DNA of 64,000 nt from Podarcis bocagei (taxonomy: Eukaryota), in NCBI GenBank assembly GCA_964188305.1, contig OZ076901.1; one strand, given 5' to 3'. The first letter of the stretch is position 1, and the number at the start of each line of letters is the position of its first letter. The notes below the pieces were generated by a model that saw only the letters and a list, made by a program, of their open reading frames with translations, had not been told where the DNA came from and searched no databases. The position numbers and the translations under genes were made by a program. Below are positions 62,592-64,000 of the stretch, one piece after another.

Positions 62592-63013
62592 TAAGCTCCT
62601 TTCCCATGGATGTTCTTTTGGACCACAAGAGTCCACCGTGGTTCCTATCTTGGGTTTTGGTGGCGTGACTTTATTAGATAAAAGAGTTGGCTAATTTGCC
62701 AGGTAGTCTTGGGAATGGTTCCCAAGAGTCCTGGCTGCCGTGGATTCAGGAGCTCCTGAGAACCCCACCCTTATTATAATCAGTTTTGTGCAAATATATA
62801 AAATAATACCAGACGAAACAAAATAGAAAACCATAGCAATAAAATTTCTAATAAATGAGCCCAGCCAAGTACGTAATAATTTTAGCAGACTTATAGTTTT
62901 GTTTTATATGCCTGGCGTTTTATAGTATTAGACATTCATGGGCACGGTGGACCAGCATCTCCTCCCCCCCCCCCCAGATGATTGTGATGGTCTGTACTTT
63001 GACTTCCCAGCAG

Positions 63014-63140
63014 AGCCCTGAAGAAGTTTTCATGGAGATCAGGAGGCCTCTGGAGTGGCACTGCAAGCAGATGGACCATTTTGTGGGACTCAATTTCAAC
63101 TCCAATTTCAACTTTGCCTTGGTGGGGCATCTGCTAAAAG
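63014..63140 (+). CDS. NF1: NF1 coding exon (exon 48 equivalent), 127 bp
   Basis: cccagcag|[42 protein letters not shown](G)|gtaggc. Confidence 0.96.
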
Positions 63141-64000
63141 GTAGGCAGGTAGCCCTTTGTCTCAGACCATGTCAGTTGAAGGTACGCTTCCCGCTGTTTA
63201 CGGACACTCACTGAAACATTTCCCCACCAGGTAAATATTCCCATCAGGTTTTATAGAGGCAGTTTCATTGGTCAGTCTGCCAGGTAATTGACATTTAAAG
63301 CACACCATTCAGCCCACCACAAAAATCCTGGAACTGTACCCTTTACAGAGTGACACTTCCAAGCGCTGTTAAGGAACTAGAGTTCATAGGATTCTTTCAG
63401 GGGAAGTGCTTTGAATGTGCTTTAAATACATAGTATGCACACAGTTTGGCAGACTCAGAGGGGGGCATGATCAGATTGGCAGCTGGCTTCAGATTAGCTG
63501 CAGCCCCCAGCACAGCCAGTATTTTGACTGCTTGTGCTGCAGACGACAGATTGTGTGTGTTGTCTTTCTGCTGACATTCTGTGAAGGAGGATGCATTTAT
63601 TGATATGTTTTCTGCTTGCTTTTTCGCATCTTATTTATGATGTGAATCTTATATGCCTGTAAAGCTTTGTTCTCTGTTAATACATAAAAGGAAACTCTTA
63701 GTCTCCTGCTCCCTAGGATTCCCAAGGGGCCTTCTTTATTCACTGCCATTAGAGCGGCAGTGAAGAATACAGAACACCTCCGAATCAACGGAATGGAGGG
63801 CAAGGGGAGGGAGGGCTGGGAAGGACAAGTCAGTTGGCGGCACTTGGAGGGAGAGAAGGAGCTGAGGAGAGAGACCTGTGGGGAGGAGTAGGTGGATGAG
63901 AAAGCAAATGGACCAGACCTCAGAGAGCAGGAGAAGCGTGAACAGAAGCAGCAGAGCCAGTAGTCTGAAAGACTGTTTTTACGATGCAAACTGAGAGGTA

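Noticed and set aside
63597-63989. 130-aa minus-strand ORF at the window end
   Set aside because: Low-complexity Ser/Leu/Pro translation of a purine-rich tract with no recognisable domain or splice context.

Overview
Eukaryotic (vertebrate) DNA, not a microbial window. A Sauria-type SINE and the repeat content point to a squamate reptile, probably a lacertid lizard (inference). The + strand carries part of NF1 (neurofibromin). Positions 1-44788 lie in the large intron equivalent to human intron 36 (legacy 27b). Twelve consecutive coding exons follow (44789-63140), all with GT-AG boundaries and lengths equal to my recollection of human exons 37-48. Nested antisense in the large intron are the three expected genes, OMG (CDS 18716-20044), EVI2B (28311-29162) and EVI2A (38363-39184). 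Each has one coding exon and a candidate non-coding first exon. The main novel signal is an apparent FOURTH nested antisense gene downstream of OMG (CDS 10832-11560, 242 aa). It encodes a signal peptide, a Ser/Thr-rich mucin body with five 21-aa (63-bp) tandem repeats and 9 N-glycosylation sequons, and a GPI-type C-terminus. It has the same acceptor-just-before-ATG architecture as its neighbours and a candidate first exon near 13249-13330. Its repeat unit resembles a motif I recall from the mammalian EVI2B ectodomain, which is short in this animal's own EVI2B. The rest is intronic DNA with Tc1/mariner (pogo/Tigger-like) and hAT MITEs, tRNA-derived SINEs, L2/CR1/other LINE fragments and microsatellites. 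No database searches were run; family names come from recognition of motifs.
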